From Acidimicrobiaceae bacterium (lineage in GTDB: Bacteria; Actinomycetota; Acidimicrobiia; Acidimicrobiales; RAAP-2), in NCBI GenBank assembly GCA_003133075.1, contig PKZN01000084.1, positions 36,827 to 78,166 of the forward strand: a stretch of DNA of 41,340 nt. The letters run 5' to 3'. Shown here piece by piece: positions 16,529-27,643 of this stretch (its first letter is position 1; each line of letters starts with the position of its first letter). Under the pieces are notes generated by a model that had not been told where the DNA came from, made no database searches, and was given only the letters and a program-made list of their open reading frames with translations. Made by a program: the position numbers and the translations under genes.

Positions 16529-19500
16529 TTACGCGATGAAGTATTTCGCCTTCGGGTGGTGGCAGATGATCGCGTCGGTCGTCTGCTCCGGGTGTAGTTG
16601 GAACCCTTCCGAGACCGAGACGCCGATACGCTCGGACTCTAAGAGTGCCGCGACCTTCGCGTTGTCGGTGAGGTCGGGACAGGCGGGATATCCCCACGAG
16701 TAGCGACCGCCGCGATACTTCTGTCGAAAGAGTCCCGTCAACGTCGGCCCGTCTTCATCGACGAAGCCGAGTTCCTCGCGGATGCGTTTGTGCCATAACT
16801 CCGCCAACGCCTCGGCCATCTCCACTCCGAGACCGTGCAGCATCAGGTAGTCGTTGTAACGGTTCTCGGTGAAGAGCTGGTGGGTGCGCTCTGAGATCCG
16901 GCTGCCCATCGTCACCAACATGAAGCTGGCGTAGTCGCGGTCGTTGCTCTCCATGGGACGAAAGAAGTCCGCTATACAGAGGTGCGGCGCTTCTCGCTGG
17001 CGGGGAAAGACGAAGCGGGTCACCTCGGCGTCGCGCGCGTCGTCGGCGAAGATGACGAGCTCGTTTCCGTCGGCGGCGGCCGGGAAGTGGCCCCACACGA
17101 CTTGAGGGACCAGCAGATCCTCTTCCTTCGCGAAACTGAGTTGTTCGCGAAGCGTGGCGCTCACTCGTTCTTTGAACGCCGTGTCGTCTTCGCCGTCTTC
17201 GGGTCGATAGCCCCACTGATTTCGAAACAGTGCCGTCTGATTCAAGAACTCACTGATCTCGTCAATTGACATGCCCTTGGCGACTCGACTGCCGAGGAAG
17301 GGTGGCACGAAGAGTGGGTTGTCGAGGTCGACGTCGGGGCTTCGACGGGGCGCGTCAGCGGCGGGTTCCGGCGAGGGATCACGAAATCGGCGCTGGACCT
17401 TGCTCTGGGAGAGTTCGCGTCCAAAGTTTGGATCATCGGTGCCGCCTCGTCGAATCTCCCCGAGTTGGTCGAGCACGCGCAGGCCCTCGAAGGCGTCCTT
17501 GCCGTAAAAGAGGCGCCCCGAATAGACCTCGCGCAGGTCGCGCTCGACGTACGTGCGCGTGAGCGCCGCCCCGCCGAGCAGCACGGGCACCGAGGACATC
17601 GCGCGTTCGTTCATGATCTCTAAGTTCTCGCGCATGATCAACGTGGACTTGACCAGCAGCCCGCTCATGCCGAGGGCGTCGGCCCGGTGCTCTTCGACGG
17701 CGTTGAGCATCTCATTGACGCCGACCTTGATTCCGAGGTTGATCACCTCGTACCCGTTGTTGGTGAGAATGATGTCGACGAGGTTCTTGCCGATGTCGTG
17801 CACATCGCCCTTCACCGTGGCGAGCACGACGCGACCCCGCCCACCCTGGTCGCTCTTTTCCATCAGCGGTTCTAGATGAGAGACGGCCGACTTCATGGTC
17901 TCGGCGCTCTGGAGGACGAAGGGAAGTTGCATCTCGCCGCTCGCGAACAAATCGCCCACGACGCGCATCCCGTCGAGGAGGATCTCGTTCACGATGTCGA
18001 GGGGCTTGGCGCCCTCGGCCATCGCGGTGTCGAGGTCGTCTTCGAGGCCGACCCTTGCACCGTCGATGATGCGGCGCTTCAGTCGCTCGTTGAGTGGCAG
18101 GTCCTCTAAGGAGGGTCCGGAGTCGCTCGAGGAGGAAACGCCCTCGAAGAGTCGAAGCAACTCGCTCAAGGGGTCGTAGTCGTCGCGACGCCGGTCGTAG
18201 ATGAGGTCCAAACAGACCTGGCGGGCCTCGTCGTCGATGCGGTGCAGCGGCAAGATCTTCGACGCGTGCACGATCGCCGCGTCCAGGCCCGCTTCGGCGG
18301 CTTCGTGGAGGAAGACGCTATTGAGCACCTGACGCGCCGCGGGGTTCAGACCGAAGGAGATGTTCGAGAGCCCGAGAATCGTCCGCACTCCGGGTAGTTC
18401 CGCTTTGATTCGCTTGATGGCCTCGAGGGTCTCGATACCGTCGCGACGCGAATCGACCATGCCGGTAGAGAGTGGCAACGCCAGCGGGTCGATGAAGATG
18501 TCGTGAGCGTCCAGACCGTAGCGCGTGACGGCGAGTTCGGTGATTGCTTTGGCGGCGCGCACCTTCCACTCGGCGGTTCGAGCTTGGCCCTCCTCGTCAA
18601 TGCATGTCGCGACCACGGCGGCGCCGAACTCGGCGGCGAGCGAGAGGAATCCGTCCAGGCGCGTGCCCGGACCGTCGCCCTCTTCGAGGTTGACCGAGTT
18701 CAAGAGCGCCTTGCCCCCCAGCCAGGTGAGGGCCGCTCGTGCGACGGGCGCTTCGGTGGTGTCGATCATGACCGGCACCGAGGACTGCGTCGCGAGTCGG
18801 CTCATGACTTCGTTCATGTCGGTGACGCCGTCAGCGCCCGTGTAGTCAACGCAGACGTCCAAGATGTGCGCGCCCTCTTTGATCTGCTCACGCCCGATCT
18901 CCACGCAGGTGTCCCAGTCGCCCTCGAGCATGGCGGTGCGGAAACGTTTCGAGCCGTTCGCGTTCGTGCGCTCACCAATGAGTAGTACCGAGCGGTCCTG
19001 TTGGTAGTTAACGGGCGAGTAGATCGACGCGACCGCGTACTCGGGCGTCGGGGATCTCTTCGCGGCACTGAGGGGCCGCAACACCTCGATGACCCGAGCG
19101 AGATGTTCGGGCGTCGTGCCACAACACCCGCCAACGACCTGCACGCCGTGCTCGGTGACGAACTTAGAGAGGTGCTCGGCCAGCGCGTCGGGCGTCAAGT
19201 CGTAGTGCATCTGACCCTCGACGACGCTCGGGAGTCCGGCGTTGGGCATGCAGGAAACGGGCATCGTCGCGCTGTCCGAGAGTGTGCGCAGAGGCTCATA
19301 CATCTCGACGGGTCCGGTCGCGCAGTTAAGGCCGATGACGTCGATGCCGAGTGGCGAGAGTGCGGCGATGGCCGCGCCGATCTCCGTGCCGGGCAGCATC
19401 CGTCCCGTGAGTTCGATGGTGACCTGTACTTGGATGGGTACGACGCGACCGTGTCGCGCCATCGCTCGGTGACAGGCGGCGATGGCGGCCTTGCCCGAGA

Positions 19501-20035
19501 GCAGGTCGAACATCGTCTCGACCAATAAGAGGTCCACTCCGCCTTCTAAGAGCCCGTACGCGAGCTCCTCGTAACTCGCCGAGAGGTCGTCGTAGGTGAT
19601 CTGGCCCAGCGTGGGGAACTTGGTGCCCGGGCCCATTGAACCAGCCACGAAGCGAGGTGAGGCGGCCGAGGCGTACTCGTCGGCGACGCGGCGAGCAATC
19701 GTCGCCGAGGTGAAGGCCAACTCCTGGGCCCGCTCGGCGATGCCGTATTCGTTGAGCACCACCGAGAACGAGCCGAAGGAGTCGGTCTCGATGGCGTCGA
19801 CGCCAACGTCGAGGAACGAACGGTGTAGTGACGCAACCGCCTCGGGCTTAGAGACGACGAGGAACTCATTACAACCTTCTAAGGCGGCCCCCCCGAAGTC
19901 ATCGGCGCTGAGGTGCTGGAGTTGGAAGTTCGTGCCGGTCGCGCCGTCAAAGATGACGACGCGTTGGGCGAGGGCGCGAAGATAGGGATCATCCGCCTTC
20001 GGACGGGCGAACGGCGGTCGAAGGGTTGAATCCAT
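16529..20035 (-). CDS. metH: Cobalamin-dependent methionine synthase
   Basis: DGATGT, LNCATGP, GGCCGTT, GERTNANGS, GDVHDIGKN (B12 His ligand), RYSWGYPACP. Confidence 0.97.
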   Translation of the reverse strand: MDSTLRPPFARPKADDPYLRALAQRVVIFDGATGTNFQLQHLSADDFGGAALEGCNEFLVVSKPEAVASLHRSFLDVGVDAIETDSFGSFSVVLNEYGIAERAQELAFTSATIARRVADEYASAASPRFVAGSMGPGTKFPTLGQITYDDLSASYEELAYGLLEGGVDLLLVETMFDLLSGKAAIAACHRAMARHGRVVPIQVQVTIELTGRMLPGTEIGAAIAALSPLGIDVIGLNCATGPVEMYEPLRTLSDSATMPVSCMPNAGLPSVVEGQMHYDLTPDALAEHLSKFVTEHGVQVVGGCCGTTPEHLARVIEVLRPLSAAKRSPTPEYAVASIYSPVNYQQDRSVLLIGERTNANGSKRFRTAMLEGDWDTCVEIGREQIKEGAHILDVCVDYTGADGVTDMNEVMSRLATQSSVPVMIDTTEAPVARAALTWLGGKALLNSVNLEEGDGPGTRLDGFLSLAAEFGAAVVATCIDEEGQARTAEWKVRAAKAITELAVTRYGLDAHDIFIDPLALPLSTGMVDSRRDGIETLEAIKRIKAELPGVRTILGLSNISFGLNPAARQVLNSVFLHEAAEAGLDAAIVHASKILPLHRIDDEARQVCLDLIYDRRRDDYDPLSELLRLFEGVSSSSDSGPSLEDLPLNERLKRRIIDGARVGLEDDLDTAMAEGAKPLDIVNEILLDGMRVVGDLFASGEMQLPFVLQSAETMKSAVSHLEPLMEKSDQGGRGRVVLATVKGDVHDIGKNLVDIILTNNGYEVINLGIKVGVNEMLNAVEEHRADALGMSGLLVKSTLIMRENLEIMNERAMSSVPVLLGGAALTRTYVERDLREVYSGRLFYGKDAFEGLRVLDQLGEIRRGGTDDPNFGRELSQSKVQRRFRDPSPEPAADAPRRSPDVDLDNPLFVPPFLGSRVAKGMSIDEISEFLNQTALFRNQWGYRPEDGEDDTAFKERVSATLREQLSFAKEEDLLVPQVVWGHFPAAADGNELVIFADDARDAEVTRFVFPRQREAPHLCIADFFRPMESNDRDYASFMLVTMGSRISERTHQLFTENRYNDYLMLHGLGVEMAEALAELWHKRIREELGFVDEDGPTLTGLFRQKYRGGRYSWGYPACPDLTDNAKVAALLESERIGVSVSEGFQLHPEQTTDAIICHHPKAKYFIA

Positions 20036-20082
20036 TGGTTGTTCAGGTTACTTGGGTTGCTTGATTTCACTACGCTGTCGAG

Positions 20083-20625
20083 GTGAAGATTTACACCAAA
20101 GCGGGCGACAACGGTACGACCGGTCTCTACTTTGGTGGTCGTGTGGCAAAGAGCGCAGAGCCCATCGAAGTCAACGGTGCCGTCGACGAAGCCCAAGCGT
20201 CACTCGGCTGGGCGAGATCGCTCAGTGAGCCCACCTCGCGGCTCAACGAACTACTCGTCACCGTCGAACGCGACCTGTGGGTCTTGATGGCCGAAGTCGC
20301 GACGCTGCCCGAGAATCGCCGCAAACTCGTGGCCGAGAAATCACTGGTGACCGCGGCGATGATCGAACGTCTCGAGACCGAAATCGACGCGCTCTCCGAG
20401 GAGATCGAGATGCCCACCGAATTCGTGGTGCCCGGTGACGATTCGTTCTCCGCCGCCCTCGACGTGGCGCGCACCGTGGTGCGTAGGGCCGAACGCGTGG
20501 CGGTTGGCTACCCCTTAGAAGATTCCCTGGTGATCCAGTACCTCAATCGCTTGAGCGACCTCGTGTGGACGATGGCTCGCTGGGCCGAGGGGCCCGAGCA
20601 CCGCACCGCTCGGACTCAGCCATGA
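20083..20625 (+). CDS. PduO-type ATP:cob(I)alamin adenosyltransferase
   Basis: KIYTKAGDNGTT, GAVDE, ARTVVRRAER, YLNRLSD. Confidence 0.93.
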   Translation: MKIYTKAGDNGTTGLYFGGRVAKSAEPIEVNGAVDEAQASLGWARSLSEPTSRLNELLVTVERDLWVLMAEVATLPENRRKLVAEKSLVTAAMIERLETEIDALSEEIEMPTEFVVPGDDSFSAALDVARTVVRRAERVAVGYPLEDSLVIQYLNRLSDLVWTMARWAEGPEHRTARTQP

Positions 20626-20631
20626 GGCACC

Positions 20632-22137
20632 ATGTCGCGTAGCGCGCGGGTCTCATCGATAAAAGAGGCGTTGGCGCAGACGACTATCGCGTTCGCGGTA
20701 GTGATTCGCGACGGTGAAGGCGTGGTTCCCGAGGCGATCCCCATCAACCTTGGGGGCGTGGTCACCACTCGCACCCTCACCAAGGAGTGGTGTACCCGCC
20801 AGGGCCTCAAGGAAGAGCCCGGTAGCTCGGTGGTTCTTCGTTCCCTGACTGGCGCGACCATCGTGATCGTCTCGCTCGGCTCGAGTACGCAAGGGTCGTC
20901 CCGCTACCGCCTCGCGGGCGCCGCGGCGGCGCGCGCCGCGGGCGATGGTCCCCTCGCGTTCCTCCTAGCGACCGATGGCCTCAGTGACCCCGCGAGTGCG
21001 GCCCAGGCCCTCACCGAGGGCGCGGTGCTCGCGTCCTATAGCTATAAGGGCCACTCGAAACTCTCGACCTTTGACGTGGTGCCCGTCGACGTGCCACTGC
21101 CCACCGTCGCGGTGCACGACGCCGTCACCGACGGCGTGCAGCGTGGCGCAATCATCGCCGAGGCGGTCAACTGGGCCAAGTTCCTCATCGATTCGCCCGC
21201 CGGCTACATGCCGCCCAAGACCTTGGCGAGTGAGATCGAGGGTCGTTTGGCGCACGACGAGCACGTCAACGTCGAGGTCTGGACCGAATCGAGAATCCGC
21301 GAAGAGCGCCTCGGGGGTCTGCTCGGCGTCGGTCAAGGGTCCGCGCAACCGACGCGCTTGGTCTACGCCACCTACGATCCTCAACCCGGGGTTGCGCTGA
21401 CCCACGTGGCGCTGGTCGGTAAGGGCGTCACCTTCGACTCCGGCGGGCTTTCCATCAAGGGCGCTGAGGGCATGATGAGCATGAAGACTGACATGACCGG
21501 TGCCGCGATCGTGATGGCGGTCGTCTCGGTCGCCAGTCAGCTCCAACTTCCCATACGCATCACCGCGATCGCCCCGATGACCGAGAACCTGCTCGGCGAC
21601 CGGGCGACGAAGCCGGGCGACGTCTTGACGATCCGTAACGGCCTCACCATCGAGGTCCTCAACACCGACGCCGAAGGCCGACTGATCCTTGCCGACGGGC
21701 TCGCCCTGGCCGTGGACGCCGATCCCGACGTCATCATTGACGTCGCGACGTTGACGGGTGCACAAAACGTCGCGCTCGGCGACGAAGTCGGTGCGCTCTT
21801 TGTCTCGAGCGACGAACTCGCGGGTCGTCTCGCTTCGGCGAGTGATCGTTCGGGAGAAGCCTTCTGGCGCATGCCGCTCGTCGAGAGTTACGAGTCGCAC
21901 ATCGACTCCGACGTCGCCGACATGAAGAACATGGGCAAGCCCCCGCGTGCCGGGGCCATCGTCGCGGCGTTGTTGTTGCGCAGGTTCACCGCCGGCAAGC
22001 CCTGGGCGCACCTCGACATCGCCGGGCCCGCGCGAGCGGACGCGACGAGGGGCTATCAGACCAAGGGTGCCACCGCGTATGGCGCGCGAACGCTCATTGA
22101 ATACCTTCGCGTGCTCGCGAAGTCCTCCAAGGCGTGA
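20632..22137 (+). CDS. pepA: Leucyl aminopeptidase (M17)
   Basis: GKGVTFDSGGLSIK, MKTDMTG, NTDAEGRL, DVATLTG, WAHLDIAG. Confidence 0.95.
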   Translation: MSRSARVSSIKEALAQTTIAFAVVIRDGEGVVPEAIPINLGGVVTTRTLTKEWCTRQGLKEEPGSSVVLRSLTGATIVIVSLGSSTQGSSRYRLAGAAAARAAGDGPLAFLLATDGLSDPASAAQALTEGAVLASYSYKGHSKLSTFDVVPVDVPLPTVAVHDAVTDGVQRGAIIAEAVNWAKFLIDSPAGYMPPKTLASEIEGRLAHDEHVNVEVWTESRIREERLGGLLGVGQGSAQPTRLVYATYDPQPGVALTHVALVGKGVTFDSGGLSIKGAEGMMSMKTDMTGAAIVMAVVSVASQLQLPIRITAIAPMTENLLGDRATKPGDVLTIRNGLTIEVLNTDAEGRLILADGLALAVDADPDVIIDVATLTGAQNVALGDEVGALFVSSDELAGRLASASDRSGEAFWRMPLVESYESHIDSDVADMKNMGKPPRAGAIVAALLLRRFTAGKPWAHLDIAGPARADATRGYQTKGATAYGARTLIEYLRVLAKSSKA

Positions 22138-22140
22138 GTT

Positions 22141-22737
22141 CTAGGGAACGAGTCGGCGAACTCGCTCGTGACGGGCGGGAACGGTTCGATCGAGCGACTT
22201 AGAGGTGACGTCGTCGCCGTCCGTTTTGCCAATCAGCACGCTCGCGAAGAGTTCTTCGTCCTCGAGTCCGGCCCAGCGCCGCACGTCCTCACTGTGTCGA
22301 AAACTGCCCCAGAGAACCGCCTGCCAGCCGCGCTCTTCGAGGAGTAACAACAGGGCCATGGTCGCCATCGCGGCGTCGGTGTGCCAGTAGGGCACCGGCC
22401 ACGCCGAACGCTCCCCGAGGCCCGAGCCGGCTTTGTCGTCCTCGTCGTATCGCGCTTCGTAGTCCTGCGGTCTGCTCGTTACCAACACCGCCCCGCCCGC
22501 GCGACGCAGCCCGTGAAAGCGCGTCGAACGCGCTCGCCACTGCTCATCGGTGGCGACGGCGAAGAAACCTTCGAGGTCACCGTGGCCGAGCGTGTTGAGT
22601 CGCACACCCGCGCTGTTACCGGCGGTCGGCGCCCAGAGTGCGAGGGCGCAGAGTTCCTCGAGCCACGCAAGGTCGACCGGAGTGCCGTCAAAGGAGCGCG
22701 TCATTCGTCGTTGGGCGAGGAGATCGCGCAGTTCCAC
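22141..22737 (-). CDS. Nitroreductase family protein
   Basis: RRMTRSF, APTAGN, PVPYWHTDAAMA. Confidence 0.85.
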   Translation of the reverse strand: MELRDLLAQRRMTRSFDGTPVDLAWLEELCALALWAPTAGNSAGVRLNTLGHGDLEGFFAVATDEQWRARSTRFHGLRRAGGAVLVTSRPQDYEARYDEDDKAGSGLGERSAWPVPYWHTDAAMATMALLLLLEERGWQAVLWGSFRHSEDVRRWAGLEDEELFASVLIGKTDGDDVTSKSLDRTVPARHERVRRLVP

Positions 22738-22812
22738 GGCCCGTGTCTACCAGGTCGCGCGAGCGATTGTTGACCCAGCAGGTAAGGTTTAGGGACTGAA
22801 AAGGAGCGTCCC

Positions 22813-23976
22813 TTGCCCTCACCACGAGACCTACTGAACGCCGCAAAGGCCGACATCCGTGAGGTGGACCCGAAAGAGGTCGCCGAACACCTGGATCATT
22901 ACCGGATTCTCGACGTGCGCGAACCCGACGAGTACCAACAAGGTGCCCTGCCCGGGGCGGTGCACGTGCCGCGCGGCCAACTGGAGTTCTCCATCGAGGG
23001 TCGCTTGCCGGACAAGAGCGCGCCGATCGCTGTCTACTGCGCCGGTGGTACTCGCAGTGCCTTCGCCGCCAAAACGCTCCAAGAGTTGGGCTACAGCGAC
23101 GTCGTGTCGGTCATCGGGGGATTCAACAAATGGAAGGACGAAGGACTCGCCTGGGAGTCGCCTCGAACGATGACCGCCGACCAGCGCAACCGCTACCAGC
23201 GCCACTTGCTCTTACCTGAAGTCGGTGAGGCCGGCCAGATGAAACTGTTGGACTCGAAGGTGTTGTTGCTCGGGGCCGGCGGCCTCGGCTCACCGGCCGC
23301 CATCTATCTTGCTGCCGCGGGAGTCGGCACGATTGGCATCATCGACATGGACGTCGTCGACGCCTCCAACCTCCAGCGCCAGATCCTCCACACGCTCGAC
23401 CGTGTTGGTATGCGCAAGGTCGACAGTGCGAAGGCGGCCCTGACGGCGATGAACCCCGACGTCGTCGTCAAGACCTACGACACCAGACTGAGCGCAGAGA
23501 ACATCCTCGACATCATCGACGGCTACGACATCATCGTCGACGGCACTGACAACTTTCCCACGCGCTACCTCGTCAACGACGCGGCCCTCATCAAGCGCAT
23601 ACCCGTGGTGCACGGTTCGATCTTCCGCTTCGAGGGTCAAGCGACCGTGTTCTACCCCTACGTCGGTCCGTGTTATCGCTGCATGATTCCCGAGCCACCA
23701 CCCGCCGAACTCGCGCCGAGTTGTGCCGAGGCGGGGGTGTTGGGTGTCCTACCGGGCATCATCGGTTCGATTCAGGCCGTCGAGACGATCAAGTTGCTAC
23801 TCGACATCGGTGAGCCCTTAGTGGGGCGACTCCTCACCTACGACTCCTTAGAAGAGTCCTTTCGCACCTTTAAGGTGCGTCGCGACCCCAACTGCCCGGC
23901 CTGTGGCGAGCACGCGGGCGAGATCATCATCGCGGAATACGACGACCTCTGCATGCCGCACCCCGTCGGGGTCTAG
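22813..23976 (+). CDS. moeB: Rhodanese-MoeB/ThiF fusion (sulfur-carrier adenylyltransferase)
   Basis: N-terminal LDVREPDE and YCAGGTRS, then RYQRH, GAGGLG, SNLQRQ, DGTDNF, CYRC, PSCAEAG, CPAC. RBS AAGGAG. Confidence 0.92.
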   Translation: MPSPRDLLNAAKADIREVDPKEVAEHLDHYRILDVREPDEYQQGALPGAVHVPRGQLEFSIEGRLPDKSAPIAVYCAGGTRSAFAAKTLQELGYSDVVSVIGGFNKWKDEGLAWESPRTMTADQRNRYQRHLLLPEVGEAGQMKLLDSKVLLLGAGGLGSPAAIYLAAAGVGTIGIIDMDVVDASNLQRQILHTLDRVGMRKVDSAKAALTAMNPDVVVKTYDTRLSAENILDIIDGYDIIVDGTDNFPTRYLVNDAALIKRIPVVHGSIFRFEGQATVFYPYVGPCYRCMIPEPPPAELAPSCAEAGVLGVLPGIIGSIQAVETIKLLLDIGEPLVGRLLTYDSLEESFRTFKVRRDPNCPACGEHAGEIIIAEYDDLCMPHPVGV

Positions 23977-24515
23977 GCGACGACGACGATCGTGTTGGCG
24001 ATCTTGTCGTGCAGCGTCTGATTGCGCTTGTCGAAGAGGCAATACGCGTTATCGATGATGCCGACGACGATGATGACAAAAAATACTGGCGAGTCGTGGA
24101 GCGAGTAGCTCCCGACGAAGTAGAACATGACAATGGCGGCTCGTTTTAACGCTTGTTGTGGTGCGAGCATGGCGCCGGTCGAGGCGTCGCGCACGCGCGT
24201 GGCGGCGACGCGATTACCCACGGACTGTCCGCCCTTGGTGATGAAGCAGCGAAAGAGGTAGCCCGCGGTCACGATGAAACCGGACAACCCGCCGAGGAAG
24301 TTCGAGCCGATCTGGTCAAAGACCGCGACGAAGACCTCCACGGGAATCACGAGTACGAGTTGGTCAGAGAACATCTGGCCGACTCGTCGCCCGAACCCGG
24401 CGAGCATCATCCCGGTGACCGGGTCGATTGGTCCTCGAGCGCCCGAGGGCAGGTTTCTTCCACAGCCCGCGCAGGTCTTGCCGTCCATTTGAGCGCGGCA
24501 GTTCGAACAGATCAT
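23973..24515 (-). CDS. RDD family membrane protein with N-terminal zinc ribbon
   Basis: CSNC...[13 protein letters not shown]...[16 protein letters not shown]. Confidence 0.85.
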   Translation of the reverse strand: MICSNCRAQMDGKTCAGCGRNLPSGARGPIDPVTGMMLAGFGRRVGQMFSDQLVLVIPVEVFVAVFDQIGSNFLGGLSGFIVTAGYLFRCFITKGGQSVGNRVAATRVRDASTGAMLAPQQALKRAAIVMFYFVGSYSLHDSPVFFVIIVVGIIDNAYCLFDKRNQTLHDKIANTIVVVA

Positions 24516-24618
24516 CGCTCTATCTTTGTCGGTGGCGCTCGCCCCACTCAATTCCTGTCCCGTTCAGCGATCTTGCGACGGTTTTCGCCTGATGTGGGCG
24601 CGACGTAACCTTGGTGGC

Positions 24619-26199
24619 GTGAGTTCGAATGAACGGGTCACCGACTCCGGCATCGAGGTGAAGGCTGTCTACCGCGGGGCGGACCTCAAGGACTTCGACG
24701 AAGCCACCCAACTCGGCGAACCCGGATCCTTCCCCTACACCCGCGGGGTGCAAGAGACCATGTATCGCGGTCGCCTGTGGACCATGCGTCAGTACGCGGG
24801 TTTCGGCACGGCCGAGGCGACGAACGAGCGCTTTAAGTTCCTCCTCGGCGCGGGCCAGACGGGGCTCTCGTGCGCCTTCGACCTGCCCACGCAGATGGGC
24901 CTCGACGCCGATCACGCGCGCGCCGAGGGTGAGGTCGGCAAGGTGGGGGTCGCCATCTCCTCCTTAGAGGACATGCGTCTGTTGCTCCAGGACCTGCCCC
25001 TCAACGAGGTCACGACGTCGATGACCATCAACGCCACCGCCTCAACGCTGCTGCTGCTCTACCAGTTGGTCGGCGAAGAACAAGGTGTCGCCGGCGGCGA
25101 ACTACGCGGCACGATTCAGAACGACATCTTGAAGGAGTACGTCGCGCGCGGGACCTATATCTACCCACCGCGCCCTTCGATGCGACTGGTGGTGGACACC
25201 TTCGCCTACTGCGCGAAGGAGATGCCCAATTGGAACACCATCTCAATCTCGGGCTATCACATCCGCGAAGCCGGCTCCACCGCCGTCCAGGAGATCGCCT
25301 TCACCCTCGCGAACGGCATCGCCTACGTCGAGGCGGCCCTGGCCGCAGGACTCGAGCTCGACGTCTTCGCGCCGCGACTGAGTTTCTTCTTCAACGCTCA
25401 CAACAACCTCTTCGAGGAGGTTGCCAAGTACCGCGCGGCCCGTCGACTGTGGGCGTCGATCATGCGCGATCGATTCAACGCGCAGGACCCCAAGTCAACG
25501 ATGTTGCGCTTCCACACCCAAACGGGTGGATCGACCCTCACGGCGCAACAGCCCGAGATCAACATCGTTCGCGTCGCGATGCAGGGACTGGCCGCCGCAC
25601 TCGGGGGGACCCAGAGTCTGCACACCAACGGTTTCGACGAGGCGCTGGGTCTGCCGACCGAGCGCGCGGCCAAACTCGCGCTTCGCACCCAGCAGGTCCT
25701 CGGCTACGAGTCGGGCGTCGCCGACACCGTCGATCCGTTGGCGGGCTCGTACTTTATTGAAAGCCTGACCGACGAGGTTGAGGCGCTCGCTCGCGAGTAC
25801 ATCTCCACCATCGACCAGATGGGCGGCTCGGTCGCCGCGATCGAGGCGCACTACCTCCAAGACGAGATCGAGGCCGCCGCCTACGAGTTCGCCCGCAGCG
25901 TCGAGCGAGGCGACAAGGTCGTGGTCGGCGTGAACCGCTTCGTCGAGAGCGAGACGACCAAGGCCGACGTCTTTCCCGTCGACGCCGCACAACAACAAGC
26001 CCAGGTCAATCGCGTGGTGGCGCTGAAGACCTCGCGCGATAACGACGGCGTGCGCGCCGCGCTGGATGACCTCGCTACGGCCGCACGGGGTTCGGCCAAT
26101 GTGCTCTATCCCATGAAGGTCGCACTCGCGCGCCTCGCGACGCTCGGCGAGGTCGCCGACGTGCTTCGCGCCGAGTTCGGGGTCTACCAGGCGGGCTAA
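24619..26199 (+). CDS. Methylmalonyl-CoA mutase substrate-binding subunit (no B12-binding domain)
   Basis: [40 protein letters not shown]. No DxHxxG motif. Confidence 0.92.
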   Translation: MSSNERVTDSGIEVKAVYRGADLKDFDEATQLGEPGSFPYTRGVQETMYRGRLWTMRQYAGFGTAEATNERFKFLLGAGQTGLSCAFDLPTQMGLDADHARAEGEVGKVGVAISSLEDMRLLLQDLPLNEVTTSMTINATASTLLLLYQLVGEEQGVAGGELRGTIQNDILKEYVARGTYIYPPRPSMRLVVDTFAYCAKEMPNWNTISISGYHIREAGSTAVQEIAFTLANGIAYVEAALAAGLELDVFAPRLSFFFNAHNNLFEEVAKYRAARRLWASIMRDRFNAQDPKSTMLRFHTQTGGSTLTAQQPEINIVRVAMQGLAAALGGTQSLHTNGFDEALGLPTERAAKLALRTQQVLGYESGVADTVDPLAGSYFIESLTDEVEALAREYISTIDQMGGSVAAIEAHYLQDEIEAAAYEFARSVERGDKVVVGVNRFVESETTKADVFPVDAAQQQAQVNRVVALKTSRDNDGVRAALDDLATAARGSANVLYPMKVALARLATLGEVADVLRAEFGVYQAG

Positions 26200-26489
26200 C
26201 GCTGGATGGGCTCAAAGAAGTGCGTGACGCTGGGTGTCACGACGTAGAAGGGATGCGTGAGGGCCCGCCAGGCTTCGAAGCGCGGGGTCGCCCGAAATGC
26301 CATGTGCGCATCGATTGAGGACCATCGCACCAGGAGCAGAAACACCGAGCCGTCCTCGGCTTGACGACGAACCTCAGCCCCGAAGCACTCCTCCGCCCCC
26401 TCGATGATCGGCAGCGCCTCGCGCATCGAGTCTTCAAAGTCGCTCTCGCTGCCCGGTTGAACCGTCAACAACGCGTGTTCCAACATCAT
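26196..26489 (-). CDS. Antibiotic biosynthesis monooxygenase (ABM) family protein
   Basis: [24 protein letters not shown]. Confidence 0.85.
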   Translation of the reverse strand: MMLEHALLTVQPGSESDFEDSMREALPIIEGAEECFGAEVRRQAEDGSVFLLLVRWSSIDAHMAFRATPRFEAWRALTHPFYVVTPSVTHFFEPIQR

Positions 26490-27643
26490 GATCGACTCAT
26501 CAGGCGTGCGCGTAACTCGTCGTCGTTGGCGACGGCGACCGCAGTGGCGGCGAGGGCGATGGCGCCATCGATCACTGCCTGGTCCGCGGCGGGGGTCACG
26601 CAGGCTGCGGTGAAGGCCGCCTGATGGTTCACGGCGCCGTCGGTGGGGATCATCAACATCGGGTGGATCGAGGGCACGACGAGCGAGACGTTGGCCATGT
26701 CGGTTGAGATACTGGGCTTCGCGGCACCCTCGTCGTCGAGGTGGAAGTCGCGTCCGAGGGCTTCGGCAGCGTCGCGGTAGTGCGCGAGGATTCCCTTGTC
26801 AGAGACCATGTGCGAGAAGGGATGCCCGAGTTCTTCGATCGCTAACGTGGTGCCCGTCGCCAGGGCACCCGCCTCGAAACAGGCGTTTATGCGTTGGCGA
26901 AGTTCGCCCAGTCGCTCGAGGTTGAGCGAACGCGCCATGAACCGACCGACGGCGCGATTGGGGATGATGTTGGCCGCCGAACCGCCTTCGGTGACGATGC
27001 CGTGAATTAGGTCGCCGGGTCGAAGTTGTTGTCGTAACAGCGCGAGCGCCACCTGGGAAATGGTGAGCGCGTCGAGCGCGTTGCGTCCCTCCCACGGCGC
27101 CGCCGCGGCGTGCGCCTCCTTGCCCGAGAAGATGACGTCGAAGTGATCGACCGCGAGGCAGGCCGCGTCGAGTCGCTCGGAGGGGAAGGGGTGCACCATC
27201 ATCGCGGCGTGGGCGTCGTCGAAAAAGCCCGCGTCGAGCAGGTCGATCTTGCCGCCGCCGCCCTCTTCGGACGGCGTGCCCAGGAGGGTGACGCGCACGT
27301 CGAGGTCATCGGCGACTTCCGCGAGGCCAATGGCCGCACCGAGAGACGAGGCGGCGATGATGTTGTGACCGCAGGCGTGCCCGACGTCGGGGAGCGCGTC
27401 GAACTCCGCGCAGAATGTCACGTGCAGCGCGCCCGAGCCGGCCGTCGCGCGAAAGGCCGTGGGCAGACCCGCGATACCACGCTCCACGTGGAAGCCGGCC
27501 GCTTCGGCGGCGTTGGCGACCGCGTCACTCGAGACGAACTCCTCGTACCCCAACTCGGGGTGCTCGTGGATGAAGTGACTGAGGGCCACCAACTCTCCGC
27601 GCGACGCCTCGATTCGCGCGGCGGCGCGTTCCTCGGCGCTCAC
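26486..27643 (-). CDS. M20 family amidohydrolase (ACY1L2/AbgB-like)
   Basis: HPELGYEE, EFDALP..GHACGHN, GTPSEE, HAAAAPWEGRNALDA, STD. Confidence 0.92.
   Translation of the reverse strand: MSAEERAAARIEASRGELVALSHFIHEHPELGYEEFVSSDAVANAAEAAGFHVERGIAGLPTAFRATAGSGALHVTFCAEFDALPDVGHACGHNIIAASSLGAAIGLAEVADDLDVRVTLLGTPSEEGGGGKIDLLDAGFFDDAHAAMMVHPFPSERLDAACLAVDHFDVIFSGKEAHAAAAPWEGRNALDALTISQVALALLRQQLRPGDLIHGIVTEGGSAANIIPNRAVGRFMARSLNLERLGELRQRINACFEAGALATGTTLAIEELGHPFSHMVSDKGILAHYRDAAEALGRDFHLDDEGAAKPSISTDMANVSLVVPSIHPMLMIPTDGAVNHQAAFTAACVTPAADQAVIDGAIALAATAVAVANDDELRARLMSRS

Noticed and set aside
20036-20082. Cobalamin or SAM riboswitch before metH or pduO
   Set aside because: Only 47 bp, with no conserved riboswitch boxes.
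22141-22737. Calling the nitroreductase BluB because of B12 neighbours
   Set aside because: I cannot identify BluB-specific motifs. Only the general nitroreductase fold is supported.
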